Below, piece after piece: positions 1 through 14,676 of a stretch of DNA of 64,000 nucleotides (the stretch's first letter is position 1; each line of letters begins with the position of its first letter). A program made the position numbers and the translations under genes. This DNA is from Azolla caroliniana. Taxonomy: Eukaryota; Plantae; Polypodiophyta. The DNA lies in NCBI GenBank assembly GCA_043228905.1, contig JBHGNT010000003.1:9362001-9426000 (forward strand). Reading direction: 5' to 3'. The notes under the pieces were generated by a model. The model made no database searches and was not told the DNA's origin. It worked only from the letters and a program-made list of their open reading frames with translations.

Positions 1-1140
1 TCTCGACGGAGCCGGAACCGGAGAGGCCGATGGAAGTGCGGACGATGCACTTAGAAGACATGGCCCTAGAGGATGAGTTGGCGGAAAGCCACTACGCGAA
101 GCCGCATTGGGCTAGGGCCACTACGGAAACCCCTGTTCGGATCGGCGACGTCCAGGAGCCGGTGGTGGCATTGGTAGACCACGGTTCGGACATCAACCAT
201 GGATTTCTATAAAAAGGGGAAATGGCCAATCAACACCAAGCACGGGTGGAAGATACGCGGGGCGACGCGCGCTACAGAGGAGCTACATGGGGCGTGCTCA
301 AACGTACGCGTGAAGATCGGCGATGTCGAGATAGATTAGCATTTCTTCGTGCAGGAGACTTCCTCGCACTCGGTAATTCTCGACGAATCGTACATTACGG
401 CAGCATGCATGGAGACGAAAGTACTGAACAATGGTTCGGCATATGCGCGTGTCAAGAGCGAAGACGGTCGGCATTCCGTATAATTCATGACAGTGCGAAC
501 CAACCACGAGCGAAATCGTGAGAGCCTCGGCGCCGGCAGCCAAGGGGATTTTTAGAAAGGGCTATCAAGGCGTGGGGCCGCGATAGTCCGGACACCCAGG
601 AAGAACCCCACACTTGTACCATAGGTAGAAACTTTTGGTTCTCCGATAGCGGTGGTTGTACGATAGTCGGCGTAGTTGGTCGAGAAAAGAAGCGGGCGGA
701 GGAGAGGCTTCGGGCATGCAGAGTCCTCGGCCCTGAAGAGGAAATCAATGGAGCCGTGGAGGCGGTCTCTTTCGACGACACCTTGGGGAAGTTATGGGAG
801 GTGTTCGGAGAAGGCGTTAATGAGGACCGGACGATTCCGGTATGTTTGGAAAAGATGTACGAAGTCATTGCCGACTTCGGTAGTGGACTCAAGTCAGATC
901 GGACGGCCCGAGTGAATACGAAGTACAAGACTATGGACTGGAAGGTGAGGCCCGTCACGGGACCCTTGCCGGAGGACAACGAGTTACGGATAAAGGGGGT
1001 CGTGTCGGACCCAAGTTTACGAGATCCGGCCAGCATGGGACAAGCGTTCACCGACATAACGCTACGGGAGCTCAAGATCGGTGGGGGTGGTTTTCTACTA
1101 CCGGCAGAAGAGGACCGGTTTCGGAGAATGCTCGGGAGGC
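1..1140 (+). pseudogene. Degenerate Ty3/gypsy pol fragment (aspartic protease and linker toward RT)
   Basis: ORF 30..212 ends VVALVDHGSDIN (retropepsin D-x-G-S motif). Following frames are frameshifted pol-like sequence (ORF 756..1262 YKTMDWKVRPV...). Ends abruptly at an AT-rich repeat. Confidence 0.7.
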
Positions 1141-1164
1141 ACCAGTTTTTTCATATAATAACAA

Positions 1165-2160
1165 TAATGAGCTTGAGTTCATATAAAAACCAGTTTTTTC
1201 ATCACAATTCAATACAATGTATCGAGTTCATGTTTAAAGTATATTTTTCTAGTTTTTTCTAATTTATTTTCAATTTTTTTCCATTCTATTTATGGGAAAA
1301 AAATAATTTTAAACATGAATTCGATACATTGTATCGACTTGTGATGAAAACTCTGATTTTTTCATCATTTATTACAGCTCAAAAAAAAAAAAAAAAAAAA
1401 ACAACAAAAAACCAAAATAAATAGAAAAAACAAGCAAATTTTTAAAAAAACTCAAATAATAAGCTTTAAACAAGATACCTTTTCAACATGAACTCGATAC
1501 ATTGTATCAAGTTCATGTAGAAAAGTCAACTTTTTAACACAAACTCATACATTGTATTGAGTTCGTGTTGAAAAATAGAGTTTTCAACGCGAACTCGATA
1601 TAGTGTATAGAGTTCGTGTTGAAACATTTTCAACATGAACTCGATAGATTGTATCGAGTGTGTGTCAAACTGTTGACCTTTCTACACAAACTCGATACAT
1701 TGTATCCAATTCGTGTTAAAAAGTGGACTTTTCTACACAAACTTGATACATTGTATCAAGTTCGTGTTAAAAAGTGGACTTTTCTACACGAACTCGATAG
1801 TTCGTGTTGAAAAACAGAGTTTTCAACATGAACTTGATACATTGTATCGAGTTCATGTTTAAAATTATTTTTTTCCGTAAATAAAATGGAAAAAAATTGA
1901 AAAAAAATTAGAAAAATATACTTTAAACATGAACTCGATTCATTGTATCGAATTGTGATGAAAAATCTGGTTTTTATATGAACTCAAGCTCAACTTATTA
2001 TTATTAAATTTTTTTAAAATCCGGTAAAAAAAAACTTTGAACATGAATTCAATACATTGTATGGAATTATGATCAAAACTCTGTTTTTTACATCAACTCG
2101 ATACAACATATCGAGTTCCTATTTAAAATAAAAGAGGTTTTTTAAACATGAACTCAAATT
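1165..2160. repeat. AT-rich array of ~31-bp hairpin units (CATGAACTCGATAC-ATT-GTATCGAGTTCATG) with a larger inverted repeat
   Basis: Unit arms are reverse complements and recur about every 50 bp (e.g. 1487, 1828). Segment ~1168-1345 is the reverse complement of ~1822-1992. Confidence 0.8.
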
Positions 2161-3924
2161 ATACTAAAATCTATGTTTTTACAAGAGAAAAAGATACATA
2201 TCGATACTGCAAAGATGATGCTGCAAAACAAGATACCTTATGGTGAACATGTGCTTCATTGATTAGAAAAAAAACATTAATAATTGTATTGATGGTAATT
2301 GAACTTCGCAAATACCATTTACTTCACAAGTTTTGTAGTGGAATTCTCAAAAGGAAGAAGAGGATAACACTGTAGAGACCCTAATAACTGTGTGATATGT
2401 TCAAATTGATATATTAATATTCACATCTAAAGTTTGACAGTTTTGACAGTTTATGAATATCATCTACATTTTAGGAGTTGTGGATTTATCAAAATTGTTT
2501 ATGAATATTGTCTACATTTCTTGAGTTGTGAATTTATGGATGTTAATGAGCACTAAATTTATAGATGATGACATTAAGGATTGCAATGTTACCTCTTATA
2601 CTTAAAAAATTTTCAAGTCTAACAAAAGATGTAATCTTAATCTCATCAAGATGGTCAAACCATTACTCTTAACTTGTGCCTTGACTTAATCGTTGTGATT
2701 TTCTTTAAGTTAACTACATTTCATATCTGCAAACCATCAACATTTAAACATTTACTGAAAAACTATTCAAATTTAGAAATTATCATTTTGAAACTTGTTA
2801 AATCTCAAAAAATTAGCAAATTTTACATGCTATTTAAAACATGTGATATTGGTGTATCAAGTTTTTGAAAATTGTTTAAAATCGCAAGATTATAAAAGGA
2901 ATCTATAAATGGAATGCGCGATCCTTCCACTTGTGAACATGAACGTGTTTCTGGTCGACGTTAAGAATGTGGGCGCATTCCAAGAATTGAACTCGGAACC
3001 TCTCGCACCCAAAGCGAGAATCATGTGACTATAGGAAATTCCCTTTGTTATGGTACATCTTCGTTCAGAGTTCGAACTCAACGCCTCTCGACGTTACGAT
3101 ATAATTCGGGACCTCTCGCACCCAAAGCGAGAATCATGCCACTAGAACAAATGCCCTTGTCAAGGTACAACTTCGTTTTGAGTTCTAACTCAAATGCCTC
3201 TCATCGACGTTACGAACATGATATAACTCGGGACCTCTTGCACCCAAAGAGAAAAAAAATGCCACTAGAGCAAATGTCCATGTCAACTTACATCTTCGTT
3301 TGGAGTTTGTATTCAAACGCCTCTCGTTGAGGTTATGAACGTGGGGGCATTCCAAGAATTGAACTCAGAACCTCTCGCACCCAAAGCAAGCATCATGCCA
3401 CTAGACCAAATGCCCTTGTTAAGTTGCAACTTCGTTTTGAGTTTGAATTCAAATGCCCCCGAGAATTGAAGTCGGGACCTCTCGCACACAAAGCGAGATT
3501 GATGACAGTAGATGAAATGCCCTCATTAACACTAGGACTATGTTCAAACTCATAAATTATTCACATTTTGCTATCTGAACTCAAACCCCTGTCATAGCGA
3601 TAATTGAAGTGGGGCCTTCCAAGAATTGAACTTGGGACCCTAAGCGAGAATCATGCTACTAGACCATTCAATGTTAAAAGTGCTAAAATTGTCCTATTTT
3701 GATAACCTAAGGAAAAGGCATGTTGTCGAGGTTAGAAAAGTCGGGCATTTTGAGAAGTGAACTACTGACCTCTCCTACTTGAAGAAAGAGTCATGCCACT
3801 ACAGTTTTGTTTTGAGTTCGAACTCAAACTCCTGTCATTGTGGTTAGGAACAAGGTTAGGAGAATTGAACTCGGGACTGCTTGCACCCAAAGCGAGAATC
3901 ATGCCACTAGGCGAAATGCCCTAG

Positions 3925-6900
3925 TTCGGACGGTATCCAGTTTTCGCTTGTACTCCCCCTCAAGCTTGGCAAGTCAGGAACCGTGAATCCAAGGTCTGAC
4001 AGGAATTGCCGAAGCTTGTTGGCTCCTAGGGCTTTGGTGCCGATGTCGGTTGTCTAAAGATTCGTAGTGATATGTTGAAGGTCGACATCGCCATCCTAAA
4101 CGCACTCTCGAATGTAGTGATAGTGCATTTCGATATGCTTCGTGTGTGCGTGGAACACCGGGTTCCAAGCCAGATAAATACTGCTCATGTTGTCACGGTA
4201 AAGGGGAATTGGATCTTTGATGGGAATGCCCAGATCCTTCAATATCCTCTTAAGCCATACGGCTTCACATGCAGCCACCGTCGTGCCCTTGTATTCAGCT
4301 TCTGTGCTCGGATGAGCGACGATTGGTTGCTTCTTGCTACTCCAAGAGATGGCTCCACTTCCGAGGGAGAAGACGAAACCAGAGGTTGATCGTCGATCGG
4401 CTTTGTACCCTGCCCAATCGGCATCTGTGTACCCCTCGAGTTGAATTGGCGTGGCCAACTTATAGAGAATGCCATAGTCCATTGTTCCGCTCACATATCA
4501 TACCACTCTGTTAGGACAATCCAAATGGATATCTCGTGGCATTTGCATGAACTGGCTAAAAAGTCCGACCGGATATCTTAGGTATGGTCGAGTGATCGTG
4601 AGGTAGATAAGACTACCGATCGATTGTCGATGCTGAGTCGGCTCACACTCTGTGGTGCCAAAATTGGCATATAGTTTGACGTTTCAGTCGAGAGGTGTTG
4701 CCATAGACTTGCACTCAGTCATCCCGAACTTGTATAACAAGTTGAGAATGTAGTGTTGTTGGGAGATCATAATCCCGGCTAGAGTCTGAATTACCTCAAT
4801 GCCAAGGAAATGGTGGAGATCTTTCATGTCTATCATCTTGAATTTGTTGGAAAGGAGGGATTTGACCTTGTTGATGTCGACTAGATGCTCATCTCCAATG
4901 ACCAGATCATCCACGTACAGGATGATGACGATTGGAATTTCAGAATCGCTTCTTACATAGAGAGAATGGTTGGATTTTGACATTCGGAAACTGATTCGAT
5001 GAAGGTATTGTGTTATCTTCGAGTGCCAAGCACGTGGTGCTTGCTTAAGGCCGTAGAGAGGCTTCTTGAGGTGGCAGATGTCTTTCGGATGAATACTGGA
5101 TTCGAAGCCGAGTGGTTGTACCATGTACACCTCCTCTTCTAATTTGCCTTGCAGAAAAAGCGTTCTTGACATTCATCAGGTGGAGGTGCCACCCTTTTGC
5201 TGTTGCAACCGCTATCACAGTTTGCACGGTTGTCATCTTTGCCACCAGGGCAAAGGTCTCTTCATAGTTGACGCCCTGTGTTTGTGCATAGCCCTTTGCT
5301 ATGAGTCGAGCTTTGTAGCAGTTGACAGAACTGTCGGAATTATACTTCACTTTGTATATGCATTTGCAGCCGATTGCCTTCTTGTGCGGTGAGTGAGGGA
5401 CGAGATCCCATGTCTCATTCTTGCTAAGGGCTTGCATCTCCTCGTTCATAGCTTCGACTCATCGGGGATCTTTAGTGGCTTCGACAAAGCTCTCCGGTTC
5501 TCGAACTGCTGCCACCTTCATCATAAAGGCATAGTGGTATGCTATATAGTCGTTGTAGCTGAATCAGCTAACCGAATTCTTCTCTCGGGTGGAGTGACGG
5601 AGTTTCTCATTTGCCGATGTGAGTGCTTTCTCAACTCCGGCTGACCTCATAAGAGGCACATCAAAGCCATTGAACTTACTATCGAGTGAATGAGTTGATT
5701 TGTTGTCGTCGAAGTGATTGTCTTCATATTCCGGCATTTTGGCCTTCCCTTTGTCCATCTTTGGACTTGGCCGAGATGTGCTTTGGTTGCTCGCAGGCTC
5801 TTGTGGTCCGCTCAATCTGGTTCAGATCGGACTCTCTTCGAGTATTGACCGTAGTTGATCATCGTCTTCTGTGTTGTTGAGGTCGTTCGTAGATGGTTCG
5901 GGAGGAGTTGGCTCGAGTTAGTACCATGATGTGGATTCGTCAAACACGACATCCTGACTTACACGAGTCTTCCAAGTAGAGGGGTTGAATCACTTGTACC
6001 CCTTTTGCTCCAGTGAGTACCCTACAAGGATAGATTTCTCCGACTTCGGCTAGAGCTTTTGTCGCTTCTCGTCGGGGATGTGCACCTATGCAATGGAGCC
6101 GAATATCCAAACATGTGACAGATTCGGCTTCTTCCCATAGTATTTCTCGTGCAAGCTGACCTCAGGCACTCCGGATGTTGTCCACCGGTTCATGGGGAAG
6201 ACGGTGGTATTTGCAGCTTCTGCCCAATATGACTTAGGCATACGCTTCTCGTTGAGCATGGCCCGTGCTACCTCGAGGATGTGCCGATTCTTTTGTTCGG
6301 CTACACTGTTCTGTTGTGGTGTGTGTCGGCAAGTGAATTCTCGCCAAATTCCTTCTTTTCGAAGATATGTTGTGAATGCATCAGAGAAGTATTCCTTTCC
6401 TCCGTCTGACCGGAGACATTGTACATGACGCCCAGTTGTCTTTTGGACTTCGCTTTTGAATTTTTGGAAGTGTGTAAACACTTCACTCTTCATCCTCATG
6501 GGAAAGATCCATGTGTATCTAGAGAAGTCATTGATGAAGGTAACATAGTACCGACATCCTCCGAATGTAGCCATTTGTGCCGGTCCCCACACATCCGAGT
6601 GGACTACGTCCAATAGGCCTTTGTTCACGTTCCTCTTCTTCGGGAACAGGTGCCGGTGTTGCTTGCCGAGTTGGCATGCTTCACATACTCCTTCAGTCTC
6701 TTTCTCTTTGAAGGTCGGGAGCCCGATGAAGACTCCTTTTGATTGCATCGCCTTGAGTTTGTTGAGATTGATATGGCCGATTCTTTTATGCCATAGCTCT
6801 ATGTCGGTGTCGGATTTGAGGCCCTTTGCGTACATGGCCGATTTCACCTCATTTGACTCAAGGAGAAACATTCTACCTTCCCTTCAACCCCGAGTGATGA

Positions 6901-8744
6901 GTCGGCCTTCCTTCTCGATGAAGCAACCACCTTGGTTGAATCAAACTTGCATCCCTTGCTCCACTATTTGGCCGACCGAGACCAAATTCTTCGTTATGGT
7001 GGGTACATGTTATACATTTTTTATGGAATTTTGTTTGCCGTCTTCCCCGAATGCGACACTACCAACATGTCGAATAGGATGAGTGGTGTCATCTCTGGTC
7101 TCGACATAACCGGGTCGATCCGGCTCTCGTAAGTCTCGAAACGATTCTTGATAGGACATCATATGGTTTGAAGCACTAGAGTCGACAAACCATACGTCTT
7201 CCAGATTGGAGGCATTAGTCATGGTAGAGGCCGACACAAAATTTTCTCTATGTCTCATCATGAAAATTCCACCAAGGTCTTCATAATCGGAGTTAGTGGC
7301 ATAATTTGTGAGTTGTCGGCTTGTGGAAGCCGACTTGCGCTTATTCTTCCGGCACTCTTCTTCATGATCATGGCCGATTTTTCCGCAATATCCGCATTCG
7401 ATCGAGTTTTGTCGACTTGAACCGGAATAGAAGCTCCTCCTTGCTCTGAAGGTTCCTCGATGGCTTCCGTCTTGTTGTCGAAATTGGGAGTTGTTGTCGT
7501 AAGTGGGACCTCGTCCGCCGCCTCATCCTTGGCCAAATCAGTCTCTTGCTCGGTCACATCCTCTTCCTCCATTCGAATGCGTGTAGAGCATGTGGCCTTC
7601 CGAGGCGTTGCTCCTTGTTCGAACATGATTCTCTTCGACCAATAACATAGATTGAAGATTGAAGAAGGAGGGTGGATTCTCTCCGATGCTAGTACGGCGG
7701 TCCGCATCGCACCGAATCGTGGTGCAAGGCCATCGAGGCATATTTGCACCATTTCTTCATCCTCCACATCGACGCTTATTGAGCCGAGTGCATCACAAAG
7801 CTCCTTGATCTTCAATGTGTAGCGTGTGATGGACATATCCCTTTGTTGGCTGTTGTTCAACTCTTGGCGGGGTTGAAGCTTCCTCGCGGTCGTGTTGGCG
7901 TCGAAAATCTTTCGTAGATTTTCCCACGCTTCCTTCAGCGTCACGGCTTCTTGAATGTAACTGAGCATGTGCTCATGAACATATGTTGCCAAGAAATACA
8001 TTACTCGACTCGCCACTTGCTCCCATGTTGCATAGTCGGCGTCTTTCGGGTCGGGCCGGTTTTCTTGTGCTCCTTTGATGTAGCTCCAATAGACTTGACC
8101 GACAAGGTATTGATGCATCTTGTACTCCCAAGATGCGAAGTTGTTTTGGTCCAACTTCTCTCTAGGGAGAGCGCTCCCCATTTGAGTATTCATGGTGTTC
8201 GATGTAGATTTCTTCCTTCTTCTTCTCTCTTGAATACGAAATATGTAGTCGCACTATGATAGCGATGAGCCGGTTCTTCTTGAACGTTGGCGTAGAGCTC
8301 AACACACGCGGATGGGCGAGATCAAGCCACCAAACCACTCTGATACCATATAAAGAATCGATGGTGATTCTTGTGCAGCGGAATAGACTAGAGATATGTG
8401 TTGTGAGTGTGTGTGTATGAGAGAGAGAGAGAGAGAGAGAGAAACACAAGATAGATAGATTTAAACAACAATAGAATACTAGAGATGATGTATATTACAA
8501 AGGAGATTAACCAAACTAATAACAAAGTAGGAGGAGAGTGTTTTATATAGTCACTCTCTCTCTTCATTAACTACCGAAGCTCATGGCTCATGGGGAATGT
8601 GAAAACTCATTAGTTATGTGTCATAGAATATGATTCTATGACACATAGTTAATGTGCAGATAGGAGTGGTGACTTTTGACCTTTGAGTGCACACTCTCAA
8701 GGGTGTGTTCACATACTAGACTAGGTTAGGCTTGATTCTCTACA
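3925..8744 (-). mobile_element. Ty1/copia element A (degenerate, 3' LTR missing)
   Basis: 5' LTR 8349-8744, iMet PBS TGGTATCAGAG 8338-8348. Gag 7258..8193, protease VWFVDSSASNHM, integrase 6086..6871 (HSDVWGP, LRSDGGKEY), RT 4684..5449 (LYVDD), RNase H 4096..4494 (YTDADWAG). Purine tract near 3953-3962. Confidence 0.92.
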
Positions 8745-9901
8745 GAACTCAAACGCCTCTAGTCGACGTTATGAACATGATATAACTCGGGACCTCTTGC
8801 ACCCAAAGCGAAAATCATGCCACTATAGCAAATGCCCATGTTAACTTACATCTTCATTTTAAGTTCGTATTCAAATGCCACTCGTCGAGGTTATGAACAT
8901 GGGGGCATTTTGAGAATTGAACTCAAGACCTCTCACATCCAAAGAGAGAATCATGCCATTAGACCAAATGCCCTTGTTAAGCTACAACTTCGTTTTGAGT
9001 TCGAATTCAAATGCCCCCGAGAATTGAACTCGGGACAACTCGGGACCTCAAAGTGAGACTCATGACAGTAGAGTAAATGCCCTTATTAACACTAGAACTA
9101 TGTTGAAACTCATAAATTATTCATATTTTGATATCTGAATTCAAACCCCTCTCATAGAGATAACTGAAGTGGGGCCTTCCAAGAATTGAACTTGGGACCC
9201 TAAGCGAGAATCATTCTAGTAGACCATTCAATGTTAAAAGTGCTAAATTTGCCTTGTTTTGATAACCTAAGGAAAAGGCATGTTGTCGAGGTTAGAAAAG
9301 TCGGCCATTTTGAGAAGTGAACTACAGACCTCTCACTCTTGAAGAAAGAGTCATGCCACTACAACTTTGTTTTGAGTTCGAACTCAAACTCCTCTCGTCG
9401 TGGTTAGGAAAGATGTTAGGAGAATTGAACTCGGGACCACTTGCACCGAAAGCGAGAATCATGCCACTAGACGAAATGCCCTTTTTATGGTACAACTTTG
9501 TTCTGAATTCCAGTTGAACGCCTCTCGACGTTACGAACGTGATATAATTTGGGACCACTTGCAGCCAAAGCGAGAATCATGCCACTAGACAAAATGCCCT
9601 TGTTAACCTACAACTTCGGTTTGAGTTCAAAGGTTAGGAACGTAGGGGCATTCCGAGAATTGAACTCGGGATGTCGTGCACCCTAAGTGAGAATCATGGC
9701 CCTAGATCAAATGCCCTTGTTAAGGAACAACTTCCTTTTGACTTCGAATTCACAAGCATATCCTCGAGGTTAGGAACGTTGGGGCATTCCGGAAATTGAA
9801 CTCGGGAGCTCCTCCACCCGAAGCGAGAATCATGTCACTAGACCAAATGCCCTTCTTAAGGTACAATTTTGTTTAGTGTTTGCATCGAGTTTAGGAACGT
9901 G

Positions 9902-9973
9902 GGGGCATTCCGAGAATAGAACTCGGGACCTCTCGCACCCTAAGTGAGAATCATGCCACTAGACCAAATGCCC
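9902..9973 (-). tRNA. tRNA-Pro(AGG)-like copy, probably pseudogene
   Basis: 72-nt match to the consensus with substitutions in the T-loop and anticodon stem. Confidence 0.6.
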
Positions 9974-12900
9974 ATGCAAAACTTCCTTTTGAGTTCGAAT
10001 TCAAAGGAACCTCTCCTCGAGGTTAGGAACGTGGGGCCATTTTGAGATTTGAACTCGAGACCTGGCACAGCCGAAGCGAGAATTATGCCACTACACCAAA
10101 TGACCTTGTTAAGGTCAACACCTTCGTTTTAAGTTCAAACTCAAACATGATATAACTCAGGACCCCTCGCACCGAAAGCGAGAATCATGCCATTAGACTA
10201 AATACCCTTGTTAACTTACAACTTCAATGCCTCTCATCGAGGTTATGAAAGTGGGGCCATTCGGAGAATTGAACTCGGGACCTGGTGCAGCCGAAGCGAG
10301 AATTATGCCACTACACCAAATGACCTTGTTAAGGTACAACTTCATTTTGAGTTCGAATTCACACGCCTCTCGTCGAGGTTAGGAACGTGGGGGCATTCCA
10401 AGAATTGAACTTGACACCTCTCGCACCCGAAGCGAGAATCATGCCACTAGACCAAATGCGCTAGTTAAGGTACAACTTTTTTTAAGTTCAAACTCAAACA
10501 CCTCTCGACATTAGCAACGTGATATAACTCGGGACCCCGCACACCCAAAGCGAGAATCATGCCATTCGACTAAATACCCTTGTTAACTTACAACTTCGTT
10601 TTGAGCTAGAATTTAAATGCCTCTCATCGAGGTTATGAAAGTGGGGGCATTCAGAGAATTGAACTCGGGACCTCTAGCACCCAAAGAGAGAATCATGCCA
10701 CAAGACCGAATGCCCTTGTTAATCTACACCTTCATTTTGAGTTTGAATTGAAATGCCCTCGAGAATTGAACGTGGGGGAATTCCGAGAATCGAACTCGGG
10801 ATGTTTCGCACCATAAGCGAGAATCATGCGACTAGACCAAATGCCCTTGTTAACCCACAACTTGGTTTTGAGTTTGAATTCAAACGAACCTCTCCCCGAG
10901 GTTAGGAACGTGGGGCACTCCGAGTTGAACTTAGGAACCCGTGCACCCAAAGCGAGAATCATGGCACTAGACCAAATGCCCCTATTGAAGTACAAATTCC
11001 TTTTGACTTCAAATTCACACACCTCTCATCGAGGTTAACAACGTGGGGGCATTCTGAGAATGGAAATCGGGACCTCTCGCACCTGAAGCGAGAATCATGC
11101 CACTAGACCAAATTCCCTTGTTAAGCGAAAATCATGCTAGTAGACCATTCCATGTTTAAAATGCTAAATTAGTCATTTTTTGATAACCTAATGTGAAGGT
11201 ATGTTGTCGAGGTTATAAAAGTCAGACATTTTGAGAAGTGAACTACGGACCACTCACATTTGAAGAAAGAATCATGGCACTACAAGTTTGTTTTCAGTTC
11301 GAACTTAAACTCCTCTTGTCGTGGTTAGGTAAGTGGGGGGCATTCCAAGAATTGAACTCAGGACCTCTTGCACCCAATCAAGCCAGCATTCGGAGATTTC
11401 AATTCAGGACCTCCCAAAGCGAGAATCAAGCCACTAGACCAAATGCGTGTGTTAACCTACAACTTCGTTTTTAGTTTGTGTTGAGGTTCAGAATGTGGGT
11501 GCATTCCGAGAATTGAGCTCGGGACCTCTCGTGGCCAAACGAGAATCATCCAACCAGACCAAATGCCCTTGTCAAGGTACAACTTCGTTTTGAGTTCGAA
11601 TTCAAACGCCCCTCGTCGAGGTTATGAACGTGATATAACTCGGGACCTCTTGCACCCAAAGCGAGAATCATGCCACTCGACGAAATGCCAATGTTAACTT
11701 ACATCTTCGTTTTGAGTTTGAATTTAAACGCCTCTCATCGAGGTTATGAACGTGGGGGCATCTGAGAATTGAACTCAGTACCTCTTGCACCCAAATCGAG
11801 AATCATGCCACTAGACTCCTCTTATAGAGATAACTAAAGTGTGCATTCCAAGATTTGAACTTGGGACCCTAAGCGAGAATCATGCCACTAGACCATTCAA
11901 TGTTAAAAGTGCTAAATTAGTCATGTTTTTATAACCTAACGAAAAGGTAGGTTGTCGAGGTTAGAATATTCGGGGATTTTGAGAAGTGAACTACGAACCT
12001 CTCACACTTGAAGAAAGAATCATGCCACTAAACCTTTGTTTTGAGTTCGAACTCAAACTCCTCTCATAGTGGATAGGTTAATGGGGGCATTTCGACAATT
12101 GAACTCGGGACCTCTCTCACCCAATTATGACAACATTCCGAGATTTGAACTCGCGACCTCTTGCACCCAAAGCGAGAATCCTGCCACTAGACAAAATGTC
12201 CTTGTTAACCTACAACTTTGTTTTCAGTTCGAATTCAAACATCTCTCATCGAGGTTAGGAACGTGGGGGCATTTCGAGAATTGAACACAAGACCTCGTGC
12301 ACCAGAAGCGAGAATCATGGTACTAGGCCAAATGCCTTGGTAAACATACAAACGGCTCTCGGCTCTCGTTGAGCTTAGAAACATGGGTGCATTCCGAGAA
12401 TTGAACTCGGCAGCTCTCGCACCCGAAGCAAGAATCATGCATTGTTGTTAACCTACAACTTCATTCTGAGTTCGAATTCAAACGCCCTCATCTAGGTGAG
12501 GAACATTAAGGCACTCCGACAATTGAACTCAGGACCTCTCGCACCTAGAGCGAGAATCATGCCACTAGATCAAATGCCATTATTAACCTACAAGTTTGTT
12601 TTGAGTTCGAATTCAAATATCCCCGAGAATTGAACTCAGAACCTCTCACAACCAAATTAAGAATCATGCCACTAGACTAAATGCCCTCATTAACACTAGA
12701 ACTATGTTCAAACTCATAAATTATTCACATTTTGATATCTGAACTCAAACTCCTCTTATAGAGGTAACTGAAGTGGGGCATTCGAAGAATAGAACTTGGG
12801 AACCTAAACGAGAATCAAGCCACTAGACCATTCAATGTTATAAATGCTAAATTAGTCATATTTTTATAACATAACAAAAAGGCATGTTGTCAAGGTTAGA

Positions 12901-13265
12901 AAAGTCGGGCATTTTGAGAAGTGAACTACGAACCTCTCACACTTGAAGAAAGAAGCATGCCACTACAACATTGTTTTGAGTTCTAACTCAAACTCGTCTC
13001 GTCAGTGATAGGTATTTGGGTGCATTCTGACAATTGAACTCAGGACCTCTCACATCCGATCATGCCATCATTCGAAGATTTCAATTCGGGACCTCTCGCA
13101 TCCAAAATGAGAATCATGCCACTAGACCAAATGCCCTTGTTAACCCATAAGTTCATTTTGAGTTTGAATTGAAACGAACCTCTCCTCGAGATTAGGAACG
13201 TGGGGGCATTCCGAGAATTCAACTCGGGACCTCTCGCACCCTAAGAGAGAATCATGCCACTACAC

Positions 13266-14107
13266 CAAGGTTGTTAGGTATGGTACAGATACCATACGTA
13301 TTTAACGTATTAATACCCGTATAGTACCTCCCAATTTAAAATTACGTTAAATACGTTTTCTTAATATGTTAAATACTTATAAAATACGTATCCTATGTTA
13401 AATACTTCTAGAATTTGAAAATTATTTACCTTTCTAAAAAATATCAATAATATTGTAAAAAACATCTATGTCTACACAATTTTATGATGTACAATGTAGT
13501 TCTACATCCTAAAATGCATATAAGATATATGAACATTTCACATCCTACAATACTTGTAGTAATATGGATGTCGACATTCCCTTATTCTATAAATCACTTT
13601 AAGTGTGTATCACGATGTTCTACTTCAAATTGTAATTATTTACAATTATGCCTTCATAGATTGAGGAATCTTCTACGATTATCACACTCATGATAGGTTT
13701 CTCATTTCTTCGTTTTCTTCTTCTTCTTCTTCTATCTTCTGCGATTATCACACTCAAGACATGTTTATGGCTTCTTTTCTCTCTTCTTCTTCTTCTTCTT
13801 CTTCTTCATCTTCTTCATCGTCATCTCTTCTATTCTTCTTTTTGCCATTGGCTTCCTTTCCACTAAAATATTTTTTTTTCTTTTGCTTTTTGTTGGGGTT
13901 TTACTTACATTTTCATTATAAATACGTATTATACCTGTTTATTTATAAATACGTATTATATCTGTTTATTTATAAATACGTTAAATATCGTATTGGACAA
14001 ACGTACATGATATTTGACTGAATAACATTGACGTATAGTACGTACTATACTAATGATGAGGTACTATACGTATTTAAACGTTAAATACGGGTACGTAAAT
14101 AACCATG
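13266..14107. mobile_element. Non-autonomous hAT-type MITE inserted inside a tRNA-Pro copy
   Basis: Termini CAAGGTTGTT / AATAACCATG (imperfect TIR), subterminal inverted TATAGTACCTC and CGTATTTAACG motifs. 8-bp TSD CACTACAC (13258-13265) / CACTATAC (14108-14115). Confidence 0.8.
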
Positions 14108-14604
14108 CACTATACCAAATGCCCTTGTTAACCCACAACTTCGTTTTGAGTTCGAATTCAAGCGAACCTCTGCTCGAGCTTAGGAATGTGGGGGCATTCT
14201 AAGAATTGAACTTGGGAATTGGCGTGGCCGAAGCGAGAACCATGCACCTACACCAAATGCCCTTGTTAACCCACAACTTCGTTTTGATTTCGAATTCAAG
14301 CGAACCTCTGCTCGAGCTTAGGAATGTGGGGGCATTCTAAGAATTGAACTCGGGAATTGGCGTGGCCGAAGCGAGAATCATGCACCTACACCAAATGCCC
14401 TTGTGAACCCATAAGTTCGTTTTGAGTTCGAATTCAAACGAACCTCTCCTTGAGCTTATGAACGAGGGGGTATTCCAAGAATTGAACTCGGGACTTGGCG
14501 CACCCTAAGCGAGAATCATGCAAATACACAAAATGGCCTTGTTAGCCCAAAACTTCGTTTGGAGTTCGAATTCAAATGAACCTCTACTCGAGCTTATGAA
14601 TGAA

Positions 14605-14676
14605 GGGGCATTCCGAGAATTGAACTCGGGACCTCACGCACCCTAAGCGAGAATCATGCCACTAGACCAAATGCCC
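14605..14676 (-). tRNA. tRNA-Pro(AGG), near-intact copy
   Basis: 72 nt, A and B boxes intact, single mismatch in the anticodon stem (GCGTG for GCGAG). Confidence 0.7.

Noticed and set aside
9440-12310. Anticodon-switched tRNAs (TCG, ATG, CAG, CTG)
   Set aside because: They are sporadic and occur in copies with other disabling changes, so decay is the simpler explanation.
13705-13840. Poly-Ser ORF 13761..14021
   Set aside because: (CTT)n microsatellite inside the MITE.
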